Shown here one piece after another: positions 22,135-35,323 of a stretch of 64,000 bases of DNA. How positions within the stretch are numbered: position 1 is the first letter of the stretch; each line of letters begins with the position of its first letter. Position numbers and translations under genes: made by a program. Under the pieces are notes generated by a model. That model was given only the letters and a program-made list of their open reading frames with translations. It did not search any database and was not told where the DNA came from. Origin of the DNA: Mytilus trossulus (Eukaryota); the NCBI RefSeq assembly GCF_036588685.1, contig NC_086381.1:6758001-6822000 (forward strand), in the 5' to 3' direction.

Positions 22135-23325
22135 TACTGAGTGCCAATGAAAACGCAACACTTGGTTTTTCAAAAATAAAATTTATATTAGAAATGATAA
22201 TCTTTCAAAATAAATTGTTTTTGAAAATTAACAATCCTAACAATAGATCGATATCAAACAAAAATGTTTCATTGTCATCTTTCAGACGCTATAGGTAAAC
22301 GAAACATTCAATGTCGAATCATCAACTCACAGTCCTAACAAAACATGTTACAACCCCGTTGTGCAGCGCAATCTCGACATTAATCATCCCGGACGTTTAA
22401 TGTGATCTCGAGGAATGTTGTTCCACTTGTCCCGCATATCAAACTCAAGCTGACTTTATGATATTGGTGGTGGTTTTCATCGTCTAAACCATGTCCAACC
22501 TGATGCGAAATTTGCTCGATCGGACCAAAATCGGGCGAAACACATGACTTTTCGCCAAGATGGGTGTCAAATGTCTATGTAACCGCCACCGACGGTTTTT
22601 GGTACACAATGTATGATTTTTGGTCTACAGAATTCGATATTTACGTCTTACGGCCGTTTATATGTCACTATGGAAAGACTTTGGTGCTCTTTAACAATTT
22701 CTGCGCAAATGGTGCTTTACTGAAATTGCTCCAAAGGATCTGTTGTGACCACCATTGAACTCTCGTGACTTTTGTACACCCATCAGAGTCAATATCGAAA
22801 ATGTTTAAGACCTAATGTATCGGTCTGGCTGAGCTTTTCTTGCTTTTTGTACCCGGGATGTCGCTTGTCATTAAATGATCCATTTTGGTTGAATTTGTGG
22901 ATGATTTGGGATATTGTAGAGGCTACAACTTCAGTCTTCTCGTAATTGTACGCAGTGAAAGTCTTCGTTGGATCATGCCCAAAACTGCATGTCGCTGGTT
23001 GTCAGAAAGTCTTAGCATTTACTCAGATGTTTATTGCAGTTTCCTTAAAATAAGGGCGGGAAAATTCATGACATTAGCAAAGCTTTAAATGACAAAATCG
23101 TGAAAATGGTGCGTATGTTGAAAAGCGGTGAACTCGGTTCATGTCCGTTCAAAATAATCCTTACTTTGCATTTGTTCCAAAAATCACTCAACCGTAAAGT
23201 TGTCGTCAATTGTCTTAAAAGTCATTTTAAACCAACTGTACAAAGTTCTTATATAAATAAACAAAAAAAAAATTAAAAGATCTTTTTGAAAAACAAAAGT
23301 GTTGCGTTTTCATTGGCACTCAGTA
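22135..23325 (-). mobile_element. Defective Tc1/mariner transposon
   Basis: 29-bp perfect TIR TACTGAGTGCCAATGAAAACGCAACACTT with TA flanks. A frameshifted minus-strand HTH relic reads STISQIIHKFNQNGSFNDKRHPG...QPDRYIR (~22810-22925). Confidence 0.88.
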
Positions 23326-26300
23326 TATAATTCAAAGTTCCAATGGAATAAATGGAAGAAATTATACAGCCGTTTCCAATGAAAAAAAGTCGGATATAAA
23401 AATCCTCCATATGAAAAATATGAAACATTCAATTGAGAAATCTAACGGAAGTTTGTTATTATTATATATAATAATTGTGCTTGTTTTCAATAAACTATAC
23501 CGGTATTTAGAACTTCTTCTGAGCTTAATTGTTTTATCGAATATGCATGAAGTGTTAGCCACGGGACATACATCAACCGACAATCAATCAATGTTTATTT
23601 AAAAAAAGTACTTTGTTTAATATTTAATTTGATATTGAATAAGATTCAATAGGGTAGGTATATATTTTTTCGAACAATATCTTTAACATGCTTAAAAAGG
23701 CCTGACTAAAGAGCTTAGCATATTGTAATAACTGGACGTCCTGTCGATAGCCATTTCACCATACTCATAAAACAATCACTGTTGAAATCTTTCATTGCTT
23801 TTGATCTTATTGTTTTCGTTTTAGGACCGTTGTCTTGCAACTTTAACACCTGTGGCTGTTGAAAGTAAAAAAAACCTAAAAACTAAAAAAATGCACTAAT
23901 GAAAAATACTCGATGATACACGTATCACAACACAGCCATCTTACAATCAATGTTTTAATGGTCAACGTACTTCATACGCAAACCGTAATCTGCAATGACC
24001 TAAAACTATACATTGCCCAAGACTGTTAAGACACTTTCCAAACAGCTGACAAGGTTTATGCTATAAGAATAAAATTTCTAATTGTATTTTATAGTTTGCC
24101 ACAGCGTTGATAAATTCTTAGTTTTCTAAAGTTCTATTACTTTATTTTTAAAACAGTTTCTGTTTTCGTGGGAGTTGATATCAAAGAATCTGGCTGTATA
24201 ATTTGATGTCACGTTGTACAACACTGAGACATCCCGTTGTAATTCTATGGATTTCAATTCATTATTTTCCTGCAATTGCTTTTAACTTTTTGCAACATTC
24301 TACTCTTATATTCATTTGAAACGTTTGCATCAAAGACTAATATTGAGGAAAAATATAAAATCCAATAATTGCTTAGTATTTTAACAACCCGTAAACCTTA
24401 TTTGAGGACCATGTTTTAATTTCTTCGGACGGAAAAATTTACAATGGAACAAAGAAAATGGAAAATTTACAAGAAATTAAAACATGATAAAAAGTAGGAA
24501 TTATGAGAAACTCACATGAGTCAAACATTTATAGTGCTTCACACGATATTACAACAAATGAAAAAGGAAATCAATGCATAAGCTGACAATTTCAATAATG
24601 ATTTTTACAACTGATATTCCATTGCACCATAGCAGCGACGATAAACAAATTTTCATATTTTCTTATTTTTACACTCGACGTCCTAACAGCATGGGATAAG
24701 TTAGCCTCATATCAATGTATACTCTCTAAGCTGGTTAATTGTTCAGCATTGACTTCAGGCGAAGCTCCATTCGATACATATCTGTTATCATGTTACTGAT
24801 ATATTTAACAAGCATTGCATCAATTTGCTTTCATCAAGTAAGAGCAACAAGTATAAAGGTGTAAAAAGTAGAGGTAACTAATTACTAGAATCGTTATCGG
24901 ACCGCAACAATTTGTTTTAATTGTCAGGATATGCTTAAGAAACTTACAAAAAAGTGTAATTTTCATTTGATTTGTGCAAAAGCTTGAACTAACGGATATT
25001 TTGACTGATTTTTATAGTGTTATGGATAAATAGCAGCAAAGCATTATTGAGGTAAGTGTCTCTTTTTTTTCTACATTTCAATTATGTATAAATTTAAAGT
25101 TATATTTTACCAATTAAACGAAACAATGTATATTTTATATGTAAATCATCAACATTTCAATGTGTTCTAAGAAATATTATTTAAAAAAACAAGAAGGAAT
25201 ACTATAATAAACGATTAAAAAACACAAAACAAATTTTGCAATTTGTAAAAGAAAGTCGAAAGATGCCAATGAACATTTGGATAATTTCTATAAAGAATTA
25301 TCATCATAAGGAAGGACATAAATATCTCACCAATTATTTTGCCCATATCTTTATGAAAACAGATTATCAAGGTTTGAAAGGGAACGTGAAGAAGATTATG
25401 ACTTCGCTGTCTTATTTCTTTGTATGTACAGTTGAACATTTTTACAAGACTAAGTATTCACGTCTACATGCAATCAGCATATTTGGGTTTCAGTTCGAAA
25501 CATTTCATCTTAATCAAATGTGCCTAAAAAAGTGACTCAGAAGCCCAAAAGGGTGGATGAGGTATAGAACATTTCTTTTCATGTCTAAAAAAACAAACGT
25601 TACTAACAAATTTCGCATAAGGATGAATCCGGGTGCGATCACCACCAATATCCTAAACCCGCTAGTTGTAGTAGCTTTTACATCGATATCTACAAGTATT
25701 TTATTGAAATAAAATTTTAAACAGTATTGGCATTGCCTTTTATTTAACTGAAATAGCTAATTATTATTTTTCGACTACTGTTTATTGTTTTTTTTCTTCT
25801 AAATCAATCGAAATGAGCAATATTGTTCTAGTTTAGTACAGAATTATATTTTGTGTATAGAAAATTGTTGGGGTTGTTTTGATATGTTTATTTAGAAGAC
25901 TTAACAAATGCAAATACATTTTACCACCTGTAATTGAGTTGTAAAACTACAAAATCTAAATTATCAATAACGTTAGTAAACACATATATAGAGAGAAATA
26001 AAAAGCCATATTTGATTTCAAGAAATACACATTATTGAGAAACTGATGGTAGATAGTATGTGTCTGTGTTTCACTTCAACCTGACTAAATGGTACATTCC
26101 TTGCAGTCGATATATTTATATTTATCCTCGTTAAGGGTATTTCTTGGAACTGTCGCAGTATTATCTAATGTTACCCAATATAGTAAACGTTTTGTGTATT
26201 CCGAAGTACTTATATATAAAAATATAACATTACAGCTTTTGTGTATAATGCAAATATGCACAAGCAGACCAAGAACCGAAAAAGTGAATGTGGAACCCTG

Positions 26301-26609
26301 AAAAGCTCTTTTGTCTTTTTGGCATGCTAACCACATTCCCCATTTCCATTCTCATTTAAATCTTTAGGACGTTATTAACATCTACGAGCTACACAATACA
26401 CACCAAAGCAGTAAACTTCAATTATCCGATGAGTGGCTTGCTCCACAAACTATACACAATTTAAAAAATAAATAAATAAGGTGTAACAATTTATAACACA
26501 TAATTACAATGCGGAAATGACAAAAAATAAATACCCTGAAGCTAAGGAACAACGATTTTATTGCGGTGTTTCTTCTATAATTGACATCGCAGCCATAGAC
26601 ATGAAACAC

Positions 26610-26808
26610 AAATAAAATTGAGAATTGAAATGGGGAATGTGTCAAAGAGACAACAACCCGACCAAATAAAAAACAACAGCAGAAGGTCACCAACAGGTCT
26701 TCAATGTAGCGAGAAATTCCCGCACCCGGAGGCGTCCTTCAGCTGGCCCCTAAACAAATATATACTAGTTCAGTGATAATGAACGCCATACTAATTTCCA
26801 AATTGTAA
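26610..26808. repeat. Dispersed repeat family C
   Basis: ATAAAATTGAGAATTGAAATGGGGAATGTGTCAAAGAGACAAC...; related copies at ~17595-18000, 52640-53000 (opposite), 57390-57700 and 61370-61500. Confidence 0.65.
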
Positions 26809-28614
26809 AAACTATTACCTCACTGTCTTTACGTAGTTTTACTAAAAATGCTCTTCATATTTCAATGATTCTATAATTTCATAATTCAAAATGTATTCAT
26901 TAATCCTATAGACAGAAAAAAAAATTCTTGAAGTAAAATTCAGCTTTGGGTTTCGGTGTAACCATTTAAATGATGTACATACTAATCGCAAAAGTATGTA
27001 AAGGATCTAATACGTCTGATACATCTTATTGAGATAATTACTTTGACATTCATGCAACACGAAATTTTTATATGTAATCAAATCGGTAATTTTGTAACTG
27101 TGTTTCAGTAAATGGATTTCCGTTTCCCGGTAGAATCGTATTGCGTCGAATATAATATTAATGCTACAAATGTTAGTTCGCTAAATTCAGTAAATAAAAA
27201 AAAAAAGAAAATAAGACTATGTAACACAAATTTATTTCAAGTGTACAGAAAGTACACGAATCGTCGATAGCTATCATGCCCATAAGAGGCGTACTAGCTT
27301 AAGCAATAGACTCATCATAGAAACAAGGCATTAACTTTTGTACGCTAGATTTTCGTCTTCAAAAGATTAATCAGTACCGCTGACATAAAAAAGTTTAAAG
27401 CCAAAAAGAAAAGTACGGTACTTGTTTTTTTTTTCAGTTAAAAGTTTTAGAGGATTTAGTGGAAGGAATGTTAGGCAAAGAAAAAATAAAAACCGAAGAC
27501 AATCTTATGGTCAATTGAATGTATTGCTTGGGATTTGATATTCTAAAAACGATAGATACTATTGTAGGCGTTTAGTGTCCAGACGTCATAAATGTTATTC
27601 TCTGACTATTGAAACCCTTTTACGCCATTTATATAGATGTTATGAATTAAACACAATTATGCATATACGATTCCGCTAAATGGTTTATTGGAGAAATATG
27701 TTGTATGCAACACGGTATAGACATATCCGTTATAATTCAAATCAAATTAAGACATTTGTGTTCAAATCGTTCTTTTTTACTTGATATAATCACCGTTAAA
27801 AGCTACGACGTTATTGTTGTTGCCAATTAGAGATTTAAATATATTTGATGTTTTCTTGTTTATCAAATTTGTAGGGTGCCATAAAGTCAAATATCGGTTC
27901 TAATGGTTTCAAGTATACTGTTATATGTTTTCAAAATAGCAGTAGTCAAAATGATAGTATTTCAACGGTACTCAGTTTGATCCTATTTAGCATAGCATAT
28001 AATACTATTGTTTTAATGGAATGTAAACAAAAGAAAAAGAATCGGATATCTCAAGTTGATTGACGTTTAATGTAAGTCATCGTAGATATATAAATATTGT
28101 ATACAACACTGGTAGATTAAACGCGTTTGTCAAATGGTCTTTATTTACCCACACAAATCGACTACTTTGGTTTTATTTATTTTTTTATTAAACAAGAAAC
28201 AGAACGACATCTCAAACACAATTTGATAACTATGTACATTTTACAAGTTTCATTCACAAAAACATCAAACAAAAATTTCAATTTTCTTTTCTTCTTCAAA
28301 TTAACACCAGCATAAGATTTTGCAGAAGAAGACACAAAGTCTACCCTTTGTCTCTAATTTGTTGATAAAAACTTTACATAACTTATTTGACAAAAATAAT
28401 TCTTTTTTCTGGAAATGCTTAGCTTTTTCATATATAAAGTTTTTAATATTTATTGTAAAGATTTATCAACAATTTCGCTGAAGTATCGATTGTATAGTTT
28501 CGTTTGGAAGTTAGCATGGTTTTGTCGCTGATATCTTGTTAAAGTCCTTTAATGGTAAAGGGTTTTCTTTGCTTAATTAACTTCAAATTAACCAAAAAGA
28601 CATTTAGAAAAAAA

Positions 28615-29090
28615 ATTAAAATCACAAAAATACTGAACTCCTTGGAACATTCAAATAGGAAAGTCCCTAATCAAATAGCAAATCAAAGGCTCAAACACAC
28701 CGGACAAATGTATAACAAATGCCATATTCCTGACTTTGTACAGGCATTTTGTTATGTAGAAAATGGTGGATTAAACCTGGTTTTAAAGCTAGGTTCGAAG
28801 CTCACTTGAATGACAGTCGCATCACTATTGACAACGACGTTTAAACAAAACAAACAGACATACTAGGTTAAAATGTCCAAAATAGGGTAACATCAGTCGA
28901 CATTGTGTTATAATCTAATCACTATAAAAACAAATAAATACATGATGTAACAAAAAAGCACAACATGGGATATAGGTCAAGGATTATAGCAAAAAAAAAA
29001 AAAAATGACAAGAATACACAAATTTACCAAAGTACAACATTAACACAATGACGGGAAGTTAAAAACAGAGTCACGTCATATTATACGTAT
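28615..29090. repeat. Dispersed repeat family B
   Basis: AAAATCACAAAAATACTGAAC...TTCCTGACTTTGTACAGGC...AAACCTGGTTTTA; other copies at ~33120-33660, 46080-46262, 46750-46960, 52068-52420, and inverted at 42145-42290 and 54225-54530. Confidence 0.7.
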
Positions 29091-29924
29091 ATGTACATTG
29101 TAGATAAAAAAAATATATATTGGCATACTAGTATTTCCAAAAATGAAAGACAATACAAAAACGCACTAAAATACAAATTACTGTCTGAACGAATTGCCGT
29201 TTCTGAGCACTCTAAGTTTATGTAAACTCGTCCATTATGCAAAATCACCATGGACAAAATTAACTTTAAGGCAATAGTTTTCTTGAAAAAAACACCTCAC
29301 CTAAATATGAAGTAAAGAACAGCACATTAAAATGTCCGATCGAGACATAAACACATAGATATGGATAAGTCGGCCCTTTAAATAATGTTATATACCGATT
29401 TCAATCGTTGATGGTATAAATGGTCGATTTTAAAAGTAGATGCGGTATGTGGACAGTCAGTTGTCTATTACGGAAGACCATATGTTTCCAATCTGATGGT
29501 ATATTATGTTTAAAGCTAATATCGGAATGAGTATCTAACTGCAATCATCTAGTTTGTCATTCATAACTTATCTTAACATATTTCACAGCTTTACTTTGAG
29601 CTAAAACTTAAATATTATGCGTTGAAATGGGTTTGTGATTTGAAGATATGCCTTGCCTTGGCCTCCTGTGGGACGAAACAACGAATTTCTCTCTTAAGTA
29701 CCCAATTAAAATATATTTTGCGTTACTGTTACCCAGTCTATTTAATGCTTTTATATTTGGCTGTTATTATGAAAAGTTGTACCATGTAGATTATGATAAA
29801 AACCAGACATCGACGTCTTGTTCGACGACGCTTTTTGTTATACAATACTCATAATCTGTACTAAGGAATGATTTGATAATTGATCATCATCACACACTGT
29901 ATGATGCTGAGTTGTAGCATGCTT

Positions 29925-30530
29925 TGATATGTTTTTCTATGTTGTGATGTTATGCTATTGTTTCAGAAAAAGGGAGAAGGTTTGGATCCATTAAAACGTT
30001 TAATCCCGCTGCAAATGTTTGCACCTGTCCTAAGTCAGGAATCTGATGTACAGTAGTTGTCGTTTGTTTATGTAATATATACGTGTTTCCCGTTTCTCGT
30101 TTTGTTTATATAGATTAGACCGTTAGTTTTCCGTTTGAATGGTTTTACACTAGTAATTTTGGGGCCCTTTATAGCTTGTTGTTCGGTGTGAGCCAAGGCT
30201 CCGTGTTGAAGGCCGTACTTTAATCTATAATGGTTTACTTTTTAAATTGTTATTTGGATGGCGAGTTGTCTCATTTGCACTCACACCAACTTTCTATATC
30301 TAGCTCTCTCTCTCTTTTTTTTTTTAAATATATAAGACCGTTGGTTTTCCCTTTTGAATGGTTTTAAACTAGTAATTTTGGGTCCCTTTATAGCTTGTTG
30401 TTCGGCGTGAGCCAAGGCTCCGTGGTGAAGGACGTATATTGACCTATAGTGGTTTACTTTTTAAATTGTTATTAGTATATGGATGGAGAGATGTCTCATT
30501 GGCACTCACACCACATCTTCCTACATCTAG
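29925..30530 (+). repeat. Dispersed repeat family A, one copy plus a tandem partial 3' copy
   Basis: Near-identical to 31520-31899; the 3' half is repeated at 30327-30530. Confidence 0.85.
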
Positions 30531-30704
30531 TTGTTTGATATCTGCTGGTCAATCACTTAACGTTTGAAGGTAATATATACTTTTATCAAACCTAAAAACA
30601 TACAACTTTTTGTGGTAAGGGTATACTTTGCACGATATATCGTGTATACTTTTCCGTTTTTTTCCCCGAGTTAATTCCGATAGAATACTTCGGTTTTCAT
30701 CTGA

Positions 30705-30872
30705 GTTGAGATATTATCCCTTACTCTCGTGTGTACCATAGGCGGTTACATGTTGTCAGTTGATATATTATCCCATTACTCCCGTATGAACCATAGGCGG
30801 TTACATGTTGTCTGTTGAGATATTATCCCATTACTCCCGTATGAACCATAGGCGGTTACATGTTGTCAGTTG
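30705..30872. repeat. 55-bp tandem repeat x3
   Basis: GTTGA.ATATTATCCCATTACTCCCGTATGAACCATAGGCGGTTACATGTTGTC. Confidence 0.9.
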
Positions 30873-31469
30873 TATGTTTGTAGGATGAGATTGAATCTGA
30901 TGAAGTCTCTGATACGATGGATCAATTTTCTTAGCTTATACCATTTTAATCAAAACATTATACACAAGAAGAAATTGATTGATGCATTTAATATGAAAAT
31001 AAAGTTTTAAACAGCATGTACAGTGATGTAGAGTTTTCATATCGTATTGACTTTTATGATACGAATATAACTGATGAGATATTTGTAGACGAAACGTGCG
31101 TCTAGCGTCCTAGTATCGTTTATCATTATGAAGTTTGACAATGCAAACTTCCCAACTAAACGAAATGAAAAGACCATGTTATAATCGATGCATGTATCAT
31201 GCAAATATTCTGCGTAAATTTTTTTCCTGAACTGAACTTATTACTCGTTTATTTTATAATGATCAATTAGTTGGTTTTCCTTTTGATTTGTTTTTAATTC
31301 TAGTCATTTTAGGGGCCCCTTAACTTACTGTTCGATGTGAACCAAGGGTCTGCGTTGAATGCCATACGTTGACTTATAATTGTTTACTATTTACTAAATG
31401 TGACTTTAACGGAGAGTTGTCTCATTGACGCTCATACCTAATCATTTTATAACTAAATATAACTGTAAT

Positions 31470-31899
31470 CATACGTTTTTTGATTGAGTTAAGTCTGCTA
31501 ATTGATATTTTATCGTATGTTTTTATATGTTGTGATGTTATGCTATTGTTTCAGAAAAAGGGAGAAGGTTTGGGCCCATTAAAACGTTTAATCCCGCTGC
31601 AAATGTTTGCACCTGTCCTAAGTCAGGAATCTGATGTACAGTATCGATATTGTCGTTTGTTTATGTAATATATACGTGTTTCTCGTTTCTCGTTTTGTTT
31701 ATATAGATTAGACCGTTGGTTTTCCCGTTTGAATGGTTTTACACTAGTAATTTTGGGGCCCTTTATAGCTTGTTGTTCGGTGTGAGCCAAGGCTCCGTGT
31801 TGAAGGCCGTACTTTAACCTATAATGGTTTAATTTTTAAATTGTTATTTGGATGGAGAGTTGTCTCATTGACACTCACACCACATCTTCCTATATCTAT
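31470..31899 (+). repeat. Dispersed repeat family A, near full copy
   Basis: High identity to 29925-30302 and to the reverse complement of 19688-20075. Confidence 0.85.
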
Positions 31900-33119
31900 T
31901 ATACCAAAAACGTAATTTAATTGCACATATTCCTTTATTTATTTCAATATTTATGGCAATGACACATTTAACAAACAAAACACACATATAAAAGTCAACT
32001 CAAGGTCCGTTTACAGTTTCAACAATGGACGTCAAATATCTATAAAGTATATTTTACTAAAAGCTCAACTTACCTTTTTCAATACTGAACTGAAAAATCG
32101 TTACTCTATTATACAGCTAACTGTACAGTATGAGCTTCGTTTATTGTTGAATGCCATACGTTGATTTAACATGTGTACATGCACATAATAATACGAGATA
32201 TGTTATGCTTTCAATTGAGACAATTATCTACTAATTTAAAATGAAGTGAATGTAAGAATTATAGGCTACCATACGAGCTTGTTCAATGATAAACACACGG
32301 TATAGTCGTGTGTAAAAGACCCTAACAAAAAAAACCCAAATACGGTAAAGTCGGATGTTAAAGGCCCTAACAATTAAAATGTAAACGGATTCAGCTAACG
32401 GCCTTTTTAGGGCAAATTAATTTACGAAAACAAAATGTCAGAAATAAAACTACTGAATTACCGGCTGCTGACTTGGGATGGACGCATAAAGACTATGACA
32501 GGGTTAACTATGTTTATTAGCCAAAAGACATCCTCATAACTGGTACAGTGTCGTTACAGCACAATAAACTGTAAAAACAATGTTGCAATGGACTGTACTC
32601 AAAAGATCAGTACGATGAACTAAAAGAACTAACATAAAACAATAGGCATAAAGCACTAACATAAGAGTACTCTCAGTTATCAAAGTCAATTACTTAATAA
32701 ATAAATAACAATCTCCCGGACAAAAGTATCAATTAATCCCTTTGGGATCATGCGGATAGCTGTAATTGGCAATCACGCACCATCCCCTCATTTAGATATA
32801 TATATATATATATATATATTAAACTCTAAATCATCTCTTGTAACAACTTATAACAATAAAAAAGTTATAAATTATTTAAATCAAAACTATCAAAGAGTTT
32901 CAAAAATTTAAAAAAACGTGAAGATATAACTAAATTCTCGAATAAATAATAAACTCATTCCGCTCTGTGTCAAATAACAAACAAGAAAGAATTATAAATT
33001 TAAACAAACAGTGTAAAGATAGATTATGTCCCTGATGATTAAAAGTTTTATAAAACTAGAATAATAGGCCTAGTATACACCAGAACACTACTTTATAAGT
33101 ATGCTGTGTCAAGAAAAAA

Positions 33120-33660
33120 GTATCATCACAAAAATACTAAACTTCATGGAAAATTAAAAAAGAAAAGAACCTAATCAAATGGCAAAATCAAAACACAGAA
33201 AACAAAAAGATAACAACTGTCTTATTCCTGACTTTGTACATGCAATTTCTTATGTAGAACATAATGGTGGAATAAACCTGGTTTTAAAGCTGCAAAATAT
33301 CTCACTTGTATGACAGTTGCATCAAATTCCGTTATATTGACAACCATGTCTGAACAAAACAAAGACATAATAGGTAGACATGTCAAAAATAGGGGTACAA
33401 CAGTCAGTTGTGCGTTATAATCTTAATCACTAAAAAAACAAATCAAATACGTAATAAAGATGTACAAAATGGCATACAGATAAATAATATTAGCAAAAAT
33501 TAAAGACAAGAACACACAAATTTACCATATAGCATAAATACAACTGTGATGGGATGTAAATGTACAAAGTCACGTCATATATGTATCAAATAAACATAAA
33601 AAGGCATCCAGACAAAGCTCATCAGCAAACATGAAGACAAGAATTCAAAAATGTTTTCCA
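33120..33660. repeat. Dispersed repeat family B
   Basis: Colinear with 28615-29090. Confidence 0.7.
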
Positions 33661-33667
33661 ATAGCAG

Positions 33668-33766
33668 AATATAAACTTAAAGCACTTGAAGTAGTATGTT
33701 AATATAAACTTAACGCACTTAAAGTAGTATGTTAATATAAACTAAACACACTTCAGGTGATATGTT
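33668..33766. repeat. 33-bp tandem repeat x3
   Basis: AATATAAACTTAA.GCACTT.AAGTAGTATGTT. Confidence 0.8.
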
Positions 33767-34548
33767 GACATAATCAAAAGTCAGTGTTAGAGTAGCTCAT
33801 ATCGTGCAGCTTTTAAAATCATAATAATTATAATATTGATCAAATAGCTTGTTTTCAAGCTACATATTGGGACTGAGTGAACTCATATATTGTGTAAGAA
33901 CAATACAAAACAATACAGCACATTTATAGATTAGATTGCATAAAATGATCAAACATACACATCAAACATAACACGATACAACATACAAGGAAAAGTAAAC
34001 AGTAGTCATTGTCTCCTCTCTTTGACACATTCCCCATTTCCATTCTCAATTTTATTCATAACAAAGTAAACATGTCTAGTGGTTATACACATTGAAGACA
34101 ACAGTATACTACTGATATTAAAAAAAGATACAAATTGAGGTAAATAAAATTGAAACTAAGGAAACACCTGCCAGGTGTGAATCATCCGCCAAACGAATCA
34201 AAACACAGTCAGAATATAAGCCGAAATCAGTAAAATTACAGACGACTTTTCTGGACACCAATTTGGTTACTGACTGTCTGTTGAAATGTCAATCAATAAA
34301 ACTCAACAAAATGTTGTAATACAAAAAATCTGGAACTTGTATGTTCTATTTGAAATTTGGATTCTTTGTGGTTCTTCAAAAACTACGAACATGACAAAAA
34401 CACAGAGTTTTTAACAACAAAACAATGTCCATATTTTAAAATAAAATTTCCTATAGCATCGTGTTTAGTTAAACGTTCTCACAGAAAAAGAAAACAAAGT
34501 GATACGACATCAAACAATATTTTGAAAATAAAAATAAACCAATCTTAA

Positions 34549-35323
34549 GGATGTACACCTCTGAGGAGCCAAAAATTTCTAGAATTAAACTTTTTTTCTA
34601 ACCCTGTTTTTTGGGTTCATATGATTGTAAAAAAATAATTGGTGAAGAAAAAATCATATGGTGGTGCACTTCTTTCTTTGCTACGGCCCTTTGAAAGTAC
34701 CCAATTTTGATGATTTTCTCATTTTTCATCAGTTTTTACCTATTTTTGGGCTATAATCATGAAAAAAATCACATTTCCACAATTAAACTTTTTGTCATAC
34801 TTTCAATAAAGATAAAGGGGACCAATCTGAATAAATTTGAATTACAAAAACTATAGTTAGGTGTTAATATAAGAAAGTTTTATCATATTTTGATGCTTTT
34901 TTGTGCCAAATTTACCATGTTGTCAATTTTGTAAATTTGAGATTTTTCTCCGTTTTAAGTACAAATTGCATATTTTTTCAACTTCTTTGTTATAAATGTT
35001 TGAAAACATACATATCTAAGAAATTTGAAAAGAAAAAAGGGATGTGGGTTGTACATGTTTCTGGTAAAATAATTTTTTGTATCCCTCACCCATTTTCTCG
35101 AAATTTTGGCTAAAAATACTGACTTGATTGGTAATAAAATTTGAAAAACTTATTACTCAAAAACTACTCGTTGGAAATACCCAATTTTTCACATAGTTGA
35201 ATTTGATTATAACATTTTTTAAATTCATTCATATTTTCCACTTGTACCACATGTTTTAGACATAATTCCAGAACGAGATTTCAACGAGACTGAACGAGAC
35301 TGAAATGTCAGAAGAATACATCC
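34549..35323. mobile_element. Non-autonomous Kolobok-type element, 775 bp
   Basis: TTAA|GGATGTACACCTCTGA ... TCAGAAGAATACATCC|TTAA: 16-bp imperfect TIR (13/16), TTAA TSD on both sides, subterminal AACGAGA x3. Confidence 0.88.
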
